A stretch of 49,836 bases of DNA, from positions 1 to 49,836 of the forward strand of contig JADIIX010000150.1 of assembly GCA_027604505.1 (NCBI GenBank), written 5' to 3'. The DNA comes from Gonapodya sp. JEL0774. Its lineage: Eukaryota. The notes under the pieces were generated by a model. The model did no database searches. It saw only the letters and a list, made by a program, of their open reading frames with translations, and was not told where the DNA came from. The position numbers were made by a program, and so were the translations under genes. The first letter of the stretch is position 1. Every line of letters begins with the position of its first letter. Positions 11,017 through 22,998 of the stretch are shown here, in pieces.

Positions 11017-14000
11017 ATGACTCAGACCGACCCCTCAGAGTTTCCTCCTTCGGGGAATCCGCGAGTTTCATGGCTCAACAGGACTCTGACTATGCGGTCT
11101 ATCGTTCCCCATGGGGATGCCCACGCTTCTTCGGAGCGATTCTTCTCGATATACGCGATGCATGATAAACTCTCAAATTTTGACGTCCTAGAACTGCTGG
11201 ATGATATCAAAGGCATGATCATTGCAAAGGTATGTGATCATCGCTGGTTTTCCACCAGTGAATCCTATAAATTCAATCCAGATTCCAAGTGCGATTTCGC
11301 GCTGACCCCCGAGCAGTTAAAGGGCCAGGCATCTTCTGCTCTGAATGAGTCTGTCTTGAAGCCAATTTTGTCGACGCTGAAAGAAAGGTGGTGATACTTT
11401 CCTTTCCTCGGTCCGTTCTGCCGCCCTGAATTATTACGAATCCCCTACTGCAGGGGAGCGGTTGCCACTGTTTTCTGTCTTCTCTACCTCGCCGACAAAT
11501 TTGGGACCGTCGCGGACGTGGATCTCGGCTTTCGAAGCGTTTGGAGTATGTATGTTACATGTCGTCAGTGAGGAACCTACAACGTGATTGAGTTCACATC
11601 TTTGGTCGCGAAGCTACACGCTCTGCAATCGCAATCTACCTTGCTACTCGCTGCCTTCGCTACTATAATGACTCGGACCTCGTCAATGCACTGTACTTCG
11701 ACTTCACTTTTGAAGATGATGGAAGATTCTCTTCCCCCTCTCGACTATCTAATGACAACTCAGCATCCAGTCCATTGATACCTGGAGGTCGTTTGTCAGA
11801 TAATTGGACTGGAGGCCAACCGGCTGTGGCATCTGAGACTACCTCTCTCCTTACAAACCAAGAGACCACAGGGACCGCGGAAACATTTACGGATTCTGCT
11901 ATGGCTCTTGCCATCAAACTCCACGCGATCGCCTTTACATCTCATCCGCTTGTACAAGCGACGACACACGCAATTTGGGATGGGAGACTCTCCATTGTAT
12001 GGGAGAATCTGGGTGATGATGAAGATCGCCCAAGACATCGCTATGTTATGGAAACAATTCGCCGGATGGCAACGGCCGAGAGCTCAGTGGGTAACACAAC
12101 GAATCGCCACGGACATCGAAGACAGTCTAGCGACGGGGACACCGAGAATGGTCCCAATGTAGGCAGTGACGAAGAGTTGTGGAGAAGAGATCAGAAAATT
12201 GACCGGAATAGTTGGGCGTACTTGTCCAGCAGGCGCAATTTGTTGGATATTGCCAAGCTTAGAGTGCCGCGGCTACAATGTGAGATGCCTGTTGACTTCT
12301 TGGTGTTTCTTTGCGTGACCCTGACACTTCAAGTGCCCCACGGGACCTGATTCAGATGTTCTGAGCGTGTGCAGTTACTCTACTTTTCTTTTCCTCTACT
12401 CTTTGCTCACACTTGTCGTGTCCGTCAACACCTCAAGAATTACAACTTTGGAAATTCTCGCCGATATTGCAGCGTTCTCACTTATCCTCGAAGAGTTTTC
12501 ACAGTATCGAAGAATGAAGTGGATGTACTTCTTTACTTCGCCGTGGAATGTAATGGATGTGTTGTACGTTTTGTCGTTTCCTTTTCGTCGCTGCTGGTGC
12601 CCTCGCGATCTGAATCACGATTAACGAGATTGTCATCCAACACTTATGTTCAGCTTGTATGCTTTCTACCTTGCCTTCTTCGCTCTTCGATTGATTGGGT
12701 ACGTACTAGAGTGGTTATTAGTTGGTGTTGCGTTTCTGATGAAATTGCAATCTCCAGTCTTCAGTCCGCTTCTCCCGAGAATGATCGGCATACACACAAC
12801 GCACTCGAGATTCTGTCACTATTATCAATACTTATGTGGATTCGTCTTCTTGCAGCCTTTGACCGTGTAAAATTCTTTGGAATTATGTGGGTAACATTTG
12901 CTGTTGTGGGCGATTGCAAGGCCAGAATTGCTGACCGCAAGCGGGACACAGAACTATTATTACAAGAAAAATGTTTCAAGATGCTTATCTCTTTATTGTT
13001 CTCGTGGTAGTAGTCCAGATAGGCTTCGGAAATGCGCTCTATGCACTGGCTGTTGAAGGTGGAGTGGCAGTTGGCGAGGGAGGCGATGTTAGCTACCTCA
13101 AAATCATGGAGAAACTTTCATTGGCGAGTCTTGGAAGGCCATTTTGTTTTCAGGGAGGCTCTTAATTTTCTTGCTCCATCACCAGATATTCGTTGGAGGC
13201 TTTACCTACACAATGCTCGATTTTGCGGTACTAATTGACCCATTCTGGGGTCCATTTTTATTCTTGGTGTTTGCTGGTATCCAATCAATTGTTTTAATGT
13301 AACGTTGCGGCTTTGCCCTCCTGCTCTTCGCAGCTTCATTAACCGCTTCTGGTATTGTTAGGACCATTCTGATATCCATATTTTCACAATCCTTTTCCTC
13401 TATCATCAACAATGCGGAAGCGGAATTTGAGTTCCAACTCGCACAATTGTGAGTCGCTTTGTGCTATGCCGGTCAAGGCTCCGTACCCAACGATCACGTG
13501 TATTCCTTACAGGGTCGTTGAGTTCGCCAAGACCGGAGACGTATATCCGTTCATACCACCGTACGTTATTTCTGTGTGTCATTTTCAAGCATGATGTTCT
13601 GAACACAGGCCCGCTTGATAAACAGCTTCAACGTGGTGGCATTCGTAGTCAAGCTCCTCTCACCATTTCTTTCGCCGGCAACATTCGCTCGGATAAATCG
13701 GCGGTTGCTCCGCACGTTCATGTTCCCTCTACTTCTTCTACTATGGTGCATGGATCTTTTTCGATGGGCTGTGGCTCATCCAGGGGCTTCGCGGTCTTCT
13801 GTGCCGGCATACTCTGACTCAGAATCCCGTCCCGCATCGGAACCATTCGACCGACCCACTTCACCAATCCGCGGCTATTCATCCGCGGCATCTCTTGACT
13901 CGCCTGTTATGTTTGATGAGAAAACGATCCCACGACCGGCGAGTTCGACAACGTCTCGCCGACCTGTGTTGGAGCCCCTCTTCCGACTGACATCGGGAGC

Positions 14001-14169
14001 ACGCCAAGTTTTCCGAGGATCTCTTTCCGACTCTGTGAAGGATGCGTCTGGCCCTTCGATTGGGAAGGACGACGTAGCGGCGCTGCAGGAGTCGTTGGTG
14101 GATGTGCTCAAGGAATTGCGAAGATTAACTGCAAAGGTGGAAGAGCTGGAAAAGAAATCCAAGAGCTAA
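11017..14169 (+). CDS. YVC1: TRP-type cation channel, Yvc1/TRPY1-like, multi-exon
   Basis: FTSHPLVQATTHAIWDG, KLRVPRLQ (Yvc1 RLRVPxYQ motif), FTSPWNVMD, LMWIRLL..FD..FFG, S6 LISIFSQSFS..INNAEAEF, post-S6 YPFIPP/FN, and a C-terminal coiled coil. Confidence 0.85.
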
Positions 14170-14470
14170 AAGTCATCGTTCTGTCCTATTGCGCTGTTTT
14201 TTGCGACCAAGATTTTAGCATTTGGTGGTATTTCTGTTTTTGTACGTGCAGTTCTTGGATACATGTGTTTGCTGGGCCAGCTCCCGTCTCCCCTGCTGTC
14301 TACCGACAGGTGACTGCTTCCAAATAGTGGATTTTCTGTATGTGGACAATGTGACAACGTATGCTCTGCGAAGACTTGTCTATTGTACAAACTAACCTGG
14401 TACAACACACATGCTTCGCTTTTACAACACACACTTCATCGTCCTTCTTCCGCTACACAGGATAACCGTT

Positions 14471-14700
14471 CAAGGTATTCAATACAAGGCGAGCCTTTAG
14501 CCGTCACCCACGTCCCTCAATGGCCGCGAGTGACGTTTCCAGGGTGCGCGACGTGGACGCCGCTCGCCAATGGCACCAGATCCCTGCGCATCCTCGGTCC
14601 TGCGTTTCCACAGTCCCGACCAGTCCCCCTCCTGATGGCCACATGCTCCGATGCACGCAGTGGAATGGCCGTCCTCCGGACCGGACAACATTCCCGATGC
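14471..14700 (+). repeat. Interspersed repeat family, copy B (truncated ~230 bp; weak similarity may extend left to ~14377)
   Basis: aaggcgagcc[t/g]ttagccgt[c/t]acccacgtcc...gggtgcgcgacgtggacgccgctcgccaatg is near-identical to the reverse complement of ~17797-17883. Confidence 0.9.
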
Positions 14701-14899
14701 GGGCAGTTATGTGGTCCGTATCTCGCGAGATGCGTCAGCGAGCTTGGGGGGCCTCGCCAGACTTTGTGCCTACACTGGGCAAGACGTAATGAATACTGGT
14801 ACCAGCCACACCCTCCCTACTCCCACTCCCACCTGAGGTCCAACTTTTACTCTTCTTTCCATCTCCTGTCACTCCAACCCACCCTTCCCTCACCCCTCC

Positions 14900-16656
14900 T
14901 TCCTGCTCGCCCCCCACATCACCTCATCTCAGCTACAAAGCGTCGGCTCACTTGCGAACCAACTCCTCATCGCCATATCCTCCGTCAGCTCCGTCTCAGT
15001 CTCACTTTCCCCTGCACCCAATACCACCTCCATCGCAAACTTCGGTGCCTGCATCCGCCTCGACACCCTTTACCTCGCCCTCTCATCCAACAAGCACTGC
15101 AGATATTTTCCACCGGCGTGTGCCACTCGGTCGGCCCCGTATCGCGCTGCTGGTGGAGTTATGACCCTCAAACTACACGGTGGCTGGAATACAGCTCAGG
15201 AGTAAGCGTGCGCGAACCTTTTGGCAGCCAAAGTATTTCTACTTTGCGATCCCTTCAGTGAGATATCTTTGATCCGTGTGTGTCTGTCATTCCACCTTCC
15301 CAACCGTCCGTTTTGGTTTTTTGAGCCTCCGCTGCGCGCTCTAACGATTTCATCGTCTTAGGACTTGTGCGCTTTCTAAGTCTCATACGAATGCCGAGCA
15401 GGTGATGACCATCCACGAATCATCCACCTTCTCAACTCGACCTTCCTCCACTCCCGGGAAAGCCTCTGCAAAAAACACGAAGAGGATAAGTCAAGCTCTC
15501 TGACTGGAGCTCTATTTTGGATGCACTCTCGTCTAGGTGAGGGCCTCTCTTCTGTTTGGGGGCCGAGGTGGCTCAAGTGGGAATATTGATGAGACGTGCT
15601 CTTGTGAGCAGGGTGCACCAGAATTGACGGCCGCGGATTCTTGTCTGTAGCCTTGTGTGCGACCGGGGCTCGATGGGAGGTCATGCAGGTGGAGTGGACG
15701 GAACTATTTCAACGTCGGGTAAGTTATATGCTGACATCAAATTATCGAGAGATATCATAGATAGTGTGATGCAACTACAACAATGTAACATATGAAGTCG
15801 GAAGAATAAGGGGTCACAAATATCTGTGAGCGATCGGGGAAGGACGAGACCAGTGTGAGAGTTGACGGTGTGGGACCAGTTACGGGTTGAATTCAAGGTG
15901 CATTCGAGAGAAGACCCCACTGTCTACATAGTGTCGCTGAAAACACCAAAATATGTGGAAATGTGGCCCGCCTTGGAGCCCTCCGAGAGCGGTGGAGGGT
16001 TTGCACGAGGGCTTGGGCGTTGCGACCCAAAACCACTGCAACCAGAACTACTGTGATGGTCATTGAGGACCGCACACGTACACCAGTTATTTGAAATGTC
16101 CATTTGCGATTTGGGATGACGACATTGTCACCCGAGTGGTGTGGGATGTCGCGCATAGTTCAGCATTTAACTATGATCACAGATTTCTGGCAGGGTACAC
16201 ACCGTCAAGATGAATGACCTCTATTATATCATCAAAGTACTTATAGATGTCATGCCACCGAAGCTCGGTGAGCTCCAAGCACCTGATGCGGCGCCTGCAC
16301 GAGATAATTCATGGGCAAACTATCATGTGCAGAGCTTGCTGTGAGCCGGATAGCAATGATCGGACCAGCTTTCCTTCTTTAAATAGTATGCAGATACAAT
16401 TACGGTGACTCGGTTGTCCGAAATGACCAGCAGAAGGCGCACAATCAGGCTTGCAGTGTTAGCAGCATTGAACGAGATCGGAGCTGGTCAGCTGAATGTT
16501 TTCGTCCCATTTCTTCGTCATGCCAAGTACTATCATGTGCAAAGTATGAGAAAATGCAAGAAAATTGCGCGTTGCAGGTCAGATGCAAAGAGGAACACTG
16601 TTTTCGATGCCGCTGATCACGTCTCCCGTCAGGACTTGAGGGGCAGAACCCTGTGA
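14900..16656 (+). pseudogene. Possible degraded intron-containing gene fragments of unknown family
   Basis: Protein-like stretches (DIFHRRVPLGRPRIALLVEL; DHPRIIHLLNSTFLHS; MNDLYYIIKVLIDVMPPKLG; IRLAVLAALNEIG) are interrupted by stops, with splice-like signals (gtaagc at 15202). No family recognised. Confidence 0.3.
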
Positions 16657-17508
16657 ACCCTTTTCCCGGCATAACTCGCCTTTTCCCGGCACAACCCCAA
16701 CACCGCCCGCCCAACGGCACCCAGTCCACCACAATCTCCAATGGGAATAATCGGAATGTTTTGCGGTAATCAAAATTTTGAAAGACGCATGCAATATCAA
16801 GTCCGGTAGTTGATTGAACGACGATGAATCATTCACCATGCTCAACTAAATCGGCTGCATGTCCACCAACAGATAACGTGCATTTGGAAGGGATCAACGA
16901 GACACGCGCCAATTGCAGCATTGTCAAGTCTATTCGCCACTCACCACAAATGTGTGAACAGTGATAACTGGGGATCCGCACTGTCTTTTGCCCCTCCAAC
17001 TCTCGTCACTCATTCAGTGACGAGATAAGGCTCAAAGGAGGGGCGCTTCAAACATACAGAGTCAAGTCGCATTTTTGGCGGAAAATATAAATAAAGAGCG
17101 CAGTCAACTAAAAGCAATACAGATTTGATGTTTCTCAATCACATGTGTCTGGATGTCGTAATGGTGGGCGTGGAATGACATTCATTCACATTCCAAGCAA
17201 CTACAATCAACATCAACCAACAAAATAGCCCAGACGTCTTTCCCCATAAGTTTCACCGCACCGGCAATCCCGTCACTCTGGATGCTCGTGACAAAACCTT
17301 CATCGGGCACGTTTCGACGGATACGGGGAGTGTAGGTGCTCCCATTTTTCACTTTGCTTTCCTTCTGCACACAAATACGATTTGAGATTCGACCTCCCCC
17401 AACGGGGTCTACCAACCAGGAACGTCAACGGTAGCGAGAGCATACCCCTCTTTTTGTCTCACTGTGTACGGGCCTTAACCTCGCAGAATGGCCGTTGATA
17501 CATAGAGA

Positions 17509-17897
17509 TTCCCGCAACCACACTCCGACGGACCCCCACGGCCAGGCCCTCCACGCATACACCTCGAGCTTAAGTCCCTATCCATCGACATGCCGTGTGA
17601 GTATGACATGGCTATTCCCGTCGGAGGGAACAGTGGGTGGCAGGCACTCAGAGGTACCAGGCTTCGGAGTCCATTCTCGTTTTGCTGCCCGGTCGGGCGG
17701 GCATCCCATTGCCTGCGTCGGAGCACGTCGCCATCAGGAGGGGGCTTGGGACAGGACTGAGGATTCGCAGGACCGAGTATACGCAGGACGGTATGCATTG
17801 GCGAGCGGCGTCCACGTCGCGCACCCCGGAAACGTTGCTCTCGGCCATTGACGGACGTGGGTAACGGCTAACGGCTCGCCTTATATGTGTACCTTAA
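17509..17897 (-). repeat. Interspersed repeat family, copy C (~390 bp core; possible full extent 17465-17965)
   Basis: The reverse complement aligns with copies A and B. The wider interval starts TGTAC (17465) and ends AGACA (17965). Confidence 0.9.
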
Positions 17898-18969
17898 GTG
17901 GTGTTGTTTGGTTAGATGTAGAGGTCGGAGGATGTATTCATAGCAGAGAAACCATAACCCAGACAAGACATGTCAGCATCTGTTTTGTGATATGTGATAT
18001 GTTTCTTAAAAGTTCAAGTACTCGATACGAAACCCAAATACGCGTATACCAGCCGAGAAGGGATTGTGAGCGAATGCTGGTTCTTGTAAAGATGGTAGAG
18101 TTGCCTTGTGCTATGTCGGTGGCCGGTTGAAGGCACTAGTACTTCGTCAAAGCAGGTCCGCCTCATCAAAGCATTTTGATGTCAAGTTTGAATGTCGCAT
18201 TTCGGTGGACCCACTCCCTCAGCTCTAAAGCGAGCAGTGTGAACACTGCACTCGCAAAGCTGACGGAACCGCATGATCAAGCTGAAGGTTGCATGGATAC
18301 TTCTTCAGACCGACCGGTGTCGTCTTCTTCTGGCAGAATTGACAGTTACTTTATTTCCAATATGGAGCTTCACAAACCGTGCCTTCTTTTGACCTGTACT
18401 CTTGCCACATCTGTTGGGGTTTCTCCAGTGCTATTCGATTTCAACGAATAGTGTAAACCGTGTACGTCCGAGCTGTGAGCTTGAGCACTCTGTTATTCAT
18501 GCAAGATTATGGGGCAGACAAGAGTAACTGATGACCAGAAGGAAGGCATTGGCATAGTTGTAGACAAGGCCTGATTGTCGAGAATATCAAGAATGCATTT
18601 TTGTAATTTTCAACCCCCGTTTGAGTTGTCCAACAAAAACAAGATTTCATCGGAATTTAATTAATAGTGGCATGAGGGGCCGACATCGGTGTCTCCCGCC
18701 GGTGACACGGGACAAGTTGTGCCGTGCCGAGATATTAGTCCACACTCCCTTTGTGCACCACTTTGCCGGCCTTCGATCTTACTCTGCATTTCTGTCAACG
18801 TTGCTTCCCCGCCCCTCTGTAACCTGCTCGAAAACCCTATCAAGTCATGGCTGGATTGCTCTGTAGGTAAACGGAGCTACCGTGATCTTCAAGATCCGTT
18901 CGAAGTGAAGGTCAACTCAAACTTGAAGAGCTGTGTCAATCTTTGATACCCTTGTTGAAGTGCAATTCT

Positions 18970-21900
18970 ATGGCTACGAACTCTTTCGTGTTGGTTAATC
19001 CCGTTGTCCTCCGCCTTCTTCTCTCGACAGGGCCTAACAAGGACAAGGCAACCGCACCGGAGGAGGTACGTGTAGTTAGGAGCGAAGGTTTTGTTGGTGC
19101 GGACAGTGATAACCACCGTGAAATTCGTCGTAGTATGAGATTCCCAGCGGGGACTGGTCCCCGGCCGAAGAGAAAGCGCTTGTGAGGAAGCTCGATCTAA
19201 GAATATTGCTCGTGAGATATATTGCTCTCCATCGTACTTGCCGATTTGCTCTGAATCAAATTTCGACTTCGCGCACGTCGTCTTCTTGCCGCACCAAAAG
19301 ATATGGTGAGAATGACTTTCGAGGATTGAAAATCTCGACTTGGCTCTAAAATTTTGCATTTGGATCCCTTGTGCCAGCTTCTTGATGGTTGAGTACCCAA
19401 TCTTCATTTCGCTCAGCCACCCCGACCTCATTCATTTCGCTTCATAGATGTTCATAGGCTACCTGGACAGGCAAAACGTCGCAAACGCCAAAGTTTTGAA
19501 TGTTGGAACACCGGATCAGGTGATTGAACCACGGAAGTCGCCATAACCGTATGGGTTCTCACAGATGTCCGACTCACGGAATGAATCTACAGATTGAAAC
19601 TTTCCTAGGCTTGAAAGGATCTCAATGGAATCTGATAATATCAATCTATGGAATCGGATTGTTCGTATGCGAGCCATTCGTGAGTCGTCTGTTGTCATCA
19701 GATGATCGCAACATCATCGAAACAAACATCTTTTACGCTGCCGACAGAGCAACTTCTTTTTGAAGCGTCTCAGTGCACCGGTTTGGTTTGCTAGGTGTGA
19801 ACTTCCCTACACAATGCCTTGTTTCGAGCGTGTTCTTATGGCGAATCCTCCACAAACAGAATCATGGTGACCTGGGGCATCATAACAATGGTGAGAGTCA
19901 TACCAGTCGGTCTTACCTACGATGATCTCTAAAAATTGTTTCCATTCTAGTGCCAAGCGTAGGTAGCCAATTTAGAAGCTCGTTAATGCGCCAACTCGAA
20001 TTGTTACCTGTAGTGCAATCACAAACTTCGCTGGCGCCATGGTATGCCGCTTCTTCTTAGGTGTAGCAGAAAGCGGTCTTTTGCCGGGTGTCCCGTACTA
20101 CCTCAGGTCTGCTTATAGTTCTGCCGCTCGAATTCGATTGTTATCTGACTTTGCCTGGTGAATCACCTGAACCTGTACCACCTCAGGTCTGCTTTTTCTT
20201 ATGACGGTCGCAATGGAATTGAAACTAACGAAATCGATCCATGGGTAGTTTTTGGTATACCCAGAAGGAGCGCGGTCTTCGAATGGGGTCTGCCTACACT
20301 GGCCTCGGTGCTGCTGGAATGGTTTCCGGTGTGTGTCTCTCGCGACACTTCGAATACTCTCTCATTGACACACTTATTTTTACGTGCTCGTGAAGGGTTC
20401 ATTGCGATCGGAACGCAGAATATTGTGCGTGTTTGTTGGTTTTGTTTGCCATCACTGTGCCCAACCTGCATCTTGCCACACTGCAGAATAATGTCGGGGG
20501 GCTAAAATCGTGGCAGTGGCTGTTTATAATCGTTCGTTCTTCTCGGGAAGCTTTGGATTCGATTCATGTTTGGAATTAACTTCCTATGTGTTGAATGCAC
20601 AGGAGGGAATTCCTGCTATTCGTGAGTTAAGTTTGACAGGTTTATATGTTCGTTATGAGTAAATATCTTGATTCTTGTACCAGTCTTCGGAGTTGTGGTA
20701 TTCTTTGCCCTACCGACGTTTCCGCATCAGTCAAAGGGGTTTCTGACGCCAAGAGAAGAGGAGATAGCCGTGCGTGGTACCTACCCTTCTACAAGTTATT
20801 GTTGATTGTTTAACTTAATGACTTGCAGATTCGCCGTCTTCCACCCAACGCCCCGTCCGCCTTAGACAAAATTACGAGAGACGATATTCTCAAGGAGCTC
20901 AAAGATCCAGTGCTGTGGCTCTTGTAGGTTCTTTGAACTGTTTCTGGTGGTTTGCGCGGAACTTCACTGTGTTCGGTTCTCTCAGTGCCTGCGGAATGCT
21001 CTTTGTTGTTATTCCTATTGTGAGTTTTATCGGTAACGGCTACATTTTACATGGCTTGTTCTGGAAGGTTTTACTTTTCCCTCACCCTCCCAATAGGCTG
21101 GTGGTGAGTTCCAAAACGCATACCGATTAAACAATGGCCATGTGACACCGATCTTTCTTTAGATTACAAGCGAATAGTGCTTTCATCATCTTATCACTCA
21201 GTAAATTGTGGTTCGCAGGTGCCGCCGCGCTCTTGCCTGCGATTTTGGTTGGAATTGGCTTTACCACATCAATCCAAGCAAACGGAATCGCTGCGGTTGT
21301 TAACGCGTGGGTATTATCATGATGTTTGAGCTACTCAATCGGTCACCCGTTCGAACCTTCGCAACAGATTTTCCGTGATGTACACATACTTTAATGGGTG
21401 GCACTCGGACTGGTAAGCTCTGGTGTGATTAAGGTTCATTTGTTTGTCTTTGACGAAGGTGTTTGCGTCCGTCAGGACTGGCGAGCGGTATTGGCACATA
21501 GTGAGCGGAATGTGTTCTTGGATGGGGCTCGCGCACGAGTCATTGAGCAACTGTGTCTGCGCACAAGCAATTTACTATTGGATTCTACGCTCTTATTGGC
21601 TCATTTCCGCTAGCTCTTACTGGTCGGTTCCAGCACGATCGATTCTCGCATTTCCACATATCTTCTGCTGACACTGAATGCCTGCAGCCTCCAACCCAAC
21701 TTGGGTTCAACCGGGTGTTCGCCTCCTCTTTGTTCTTTTTGCCTCGTGTATATCTTCATCGTATCCCCTTGTCTGGGCATGTGAGTTTTGTCATCTTGGG
21801 GTAATATACTCTCACCATATCTCACTTTTGCTGATACCATTTACAGACAGAGCTAAGTGCGTTTAAACTTATTTCAATTCTCAACTTCCCCAAAGATTCG

Positions 21901-22308
21901 ACGTTATCGAAACATTTTGACAGTACCGCAAAAGGAACAGCAAGAAGCACGGTCAATTCGGCCTTGACCCTGACGGTGAGCACCCTTGATACTCGTGAGG
22001 CTCAAACATTCCTCACCGAATCTCTTCTCTCTTGGACAGATGTACGCAGGGGGTTTGGTGATTGGGCCACAAATATTTCCTTCCGGTGATGCGCCATTAT
22101 ACGGTGGGAATCGCTTTTTCTTTTGCACATTCTTTTCTCATTCCTCTCACTATTAGTTCCTGGATTGTGGGCCTCTCTGGGATTATATGCTGCCGGACTC
22201 CTGTGCTTCTCGGGGATTCCTGTGGTGCTCCGTCGCCAAATGAAAAACGAGCCGGTTCGCACGGTTACTGAAAAGGATGAGAAGGAGCTAATGGCTGAGC
22301 AGGCGTAA
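18970..22308 (+). CDS. MFS transporter, anion:cation symporter family (Tna1/Dal5-like), with very many short exons
   Basis: EEKALVRKLDLRIL, YLDRQNVANAK, CRFFLGVAESGLLPGVPYYLSFWY..ERGLR, GGLKSWQWLFIIEGIP, LPTFP...GFLTPREEEIA, GWHSD..ER, and C-terminus LRRQMKNE...MAEQA*. Start codon approximate. Confidence 0.92.
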
Positions 22309-22998
22309 TAAAGACGCAATGTACGAAATAATGGGAGGGCTGTGAGAACGAACTTAAAAATGGGACAAAGTAATTTCAAAATTGTTTTGCTAATTGATCA
22401 TGAGAATAAAATAATGACTCAAATAATTTTGAGATGAGTTCGGTGCCCAGGCAATACACAAAGTGCGTGTTTATGGCGCAATCGGAGCCACATTGAGCCG
22501 AGTGTGGTACTTAGTGGCAATTTCGCAGTATCTCTCAACTGCTTGCGTGACTCCCTGGGTGATCTGGGAGCATGGCTTAGCACGTGATGAGGAGGGAAGC
22601 CCGCCTGATTTGGTAAACTTGTTTGCCTAACAGAGAGAGAAAGCAAAGCTGCGATCAGTGATGGAGATAACCATGCTGGTAATGCGTGTATTCTTTGCAA
22701 TGGGAAGTACTCTTCTACTGATGACATACGTTCTGCAAGAAACTGCCTTGCTAAATGTGACACGCGGCGATGTCTAAATTGCTCTAGAAAAGGTTTTCTT
22801 AAGAATTAAATATTAAAAAAGACGTCAAAGAAGGCAGGAGAGATGATGTTGATGTCGTACCGACGGAATATGAGTCTTCTCACTTAAGAGCGTTGATTCC
22901 CGTAACTGACTGCACCGACAAAGAACAAGGGCACGCTGACATAGTCCCAGCACCTTGGGGAGCCTGCCCCAGCACTCACTCGGCGAAAACTTCCGCTT

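Noticed and set aside
14548..14572. RDVDAARQ in the repeat family resembles the TnpB/Fanzor RuvC-III motif RDxNAAxNI
   Set aside because: No preceding zinc-finger cysteines, Asn positions not conserved, frame not maintained across copies, and no RuvC-I or RuvC-II nearby; probably coincidence.
17849..17878. GAGCCGTTAGCCG...CACGTCCG on the minus strand resembles group II intron domain V
   Set aside because: It cannot form the D5 stem, lacks a GNRA loop, and the motif is not kept in copies A and B.
17475..17897. TTAA at both sides of repeat copy C (piggyBac-like)
   Set aside because: The inner ends (CCTC... and ...TACC) are not inverted repeats, and TTAA is not present at equivalent positions in copies A and B.
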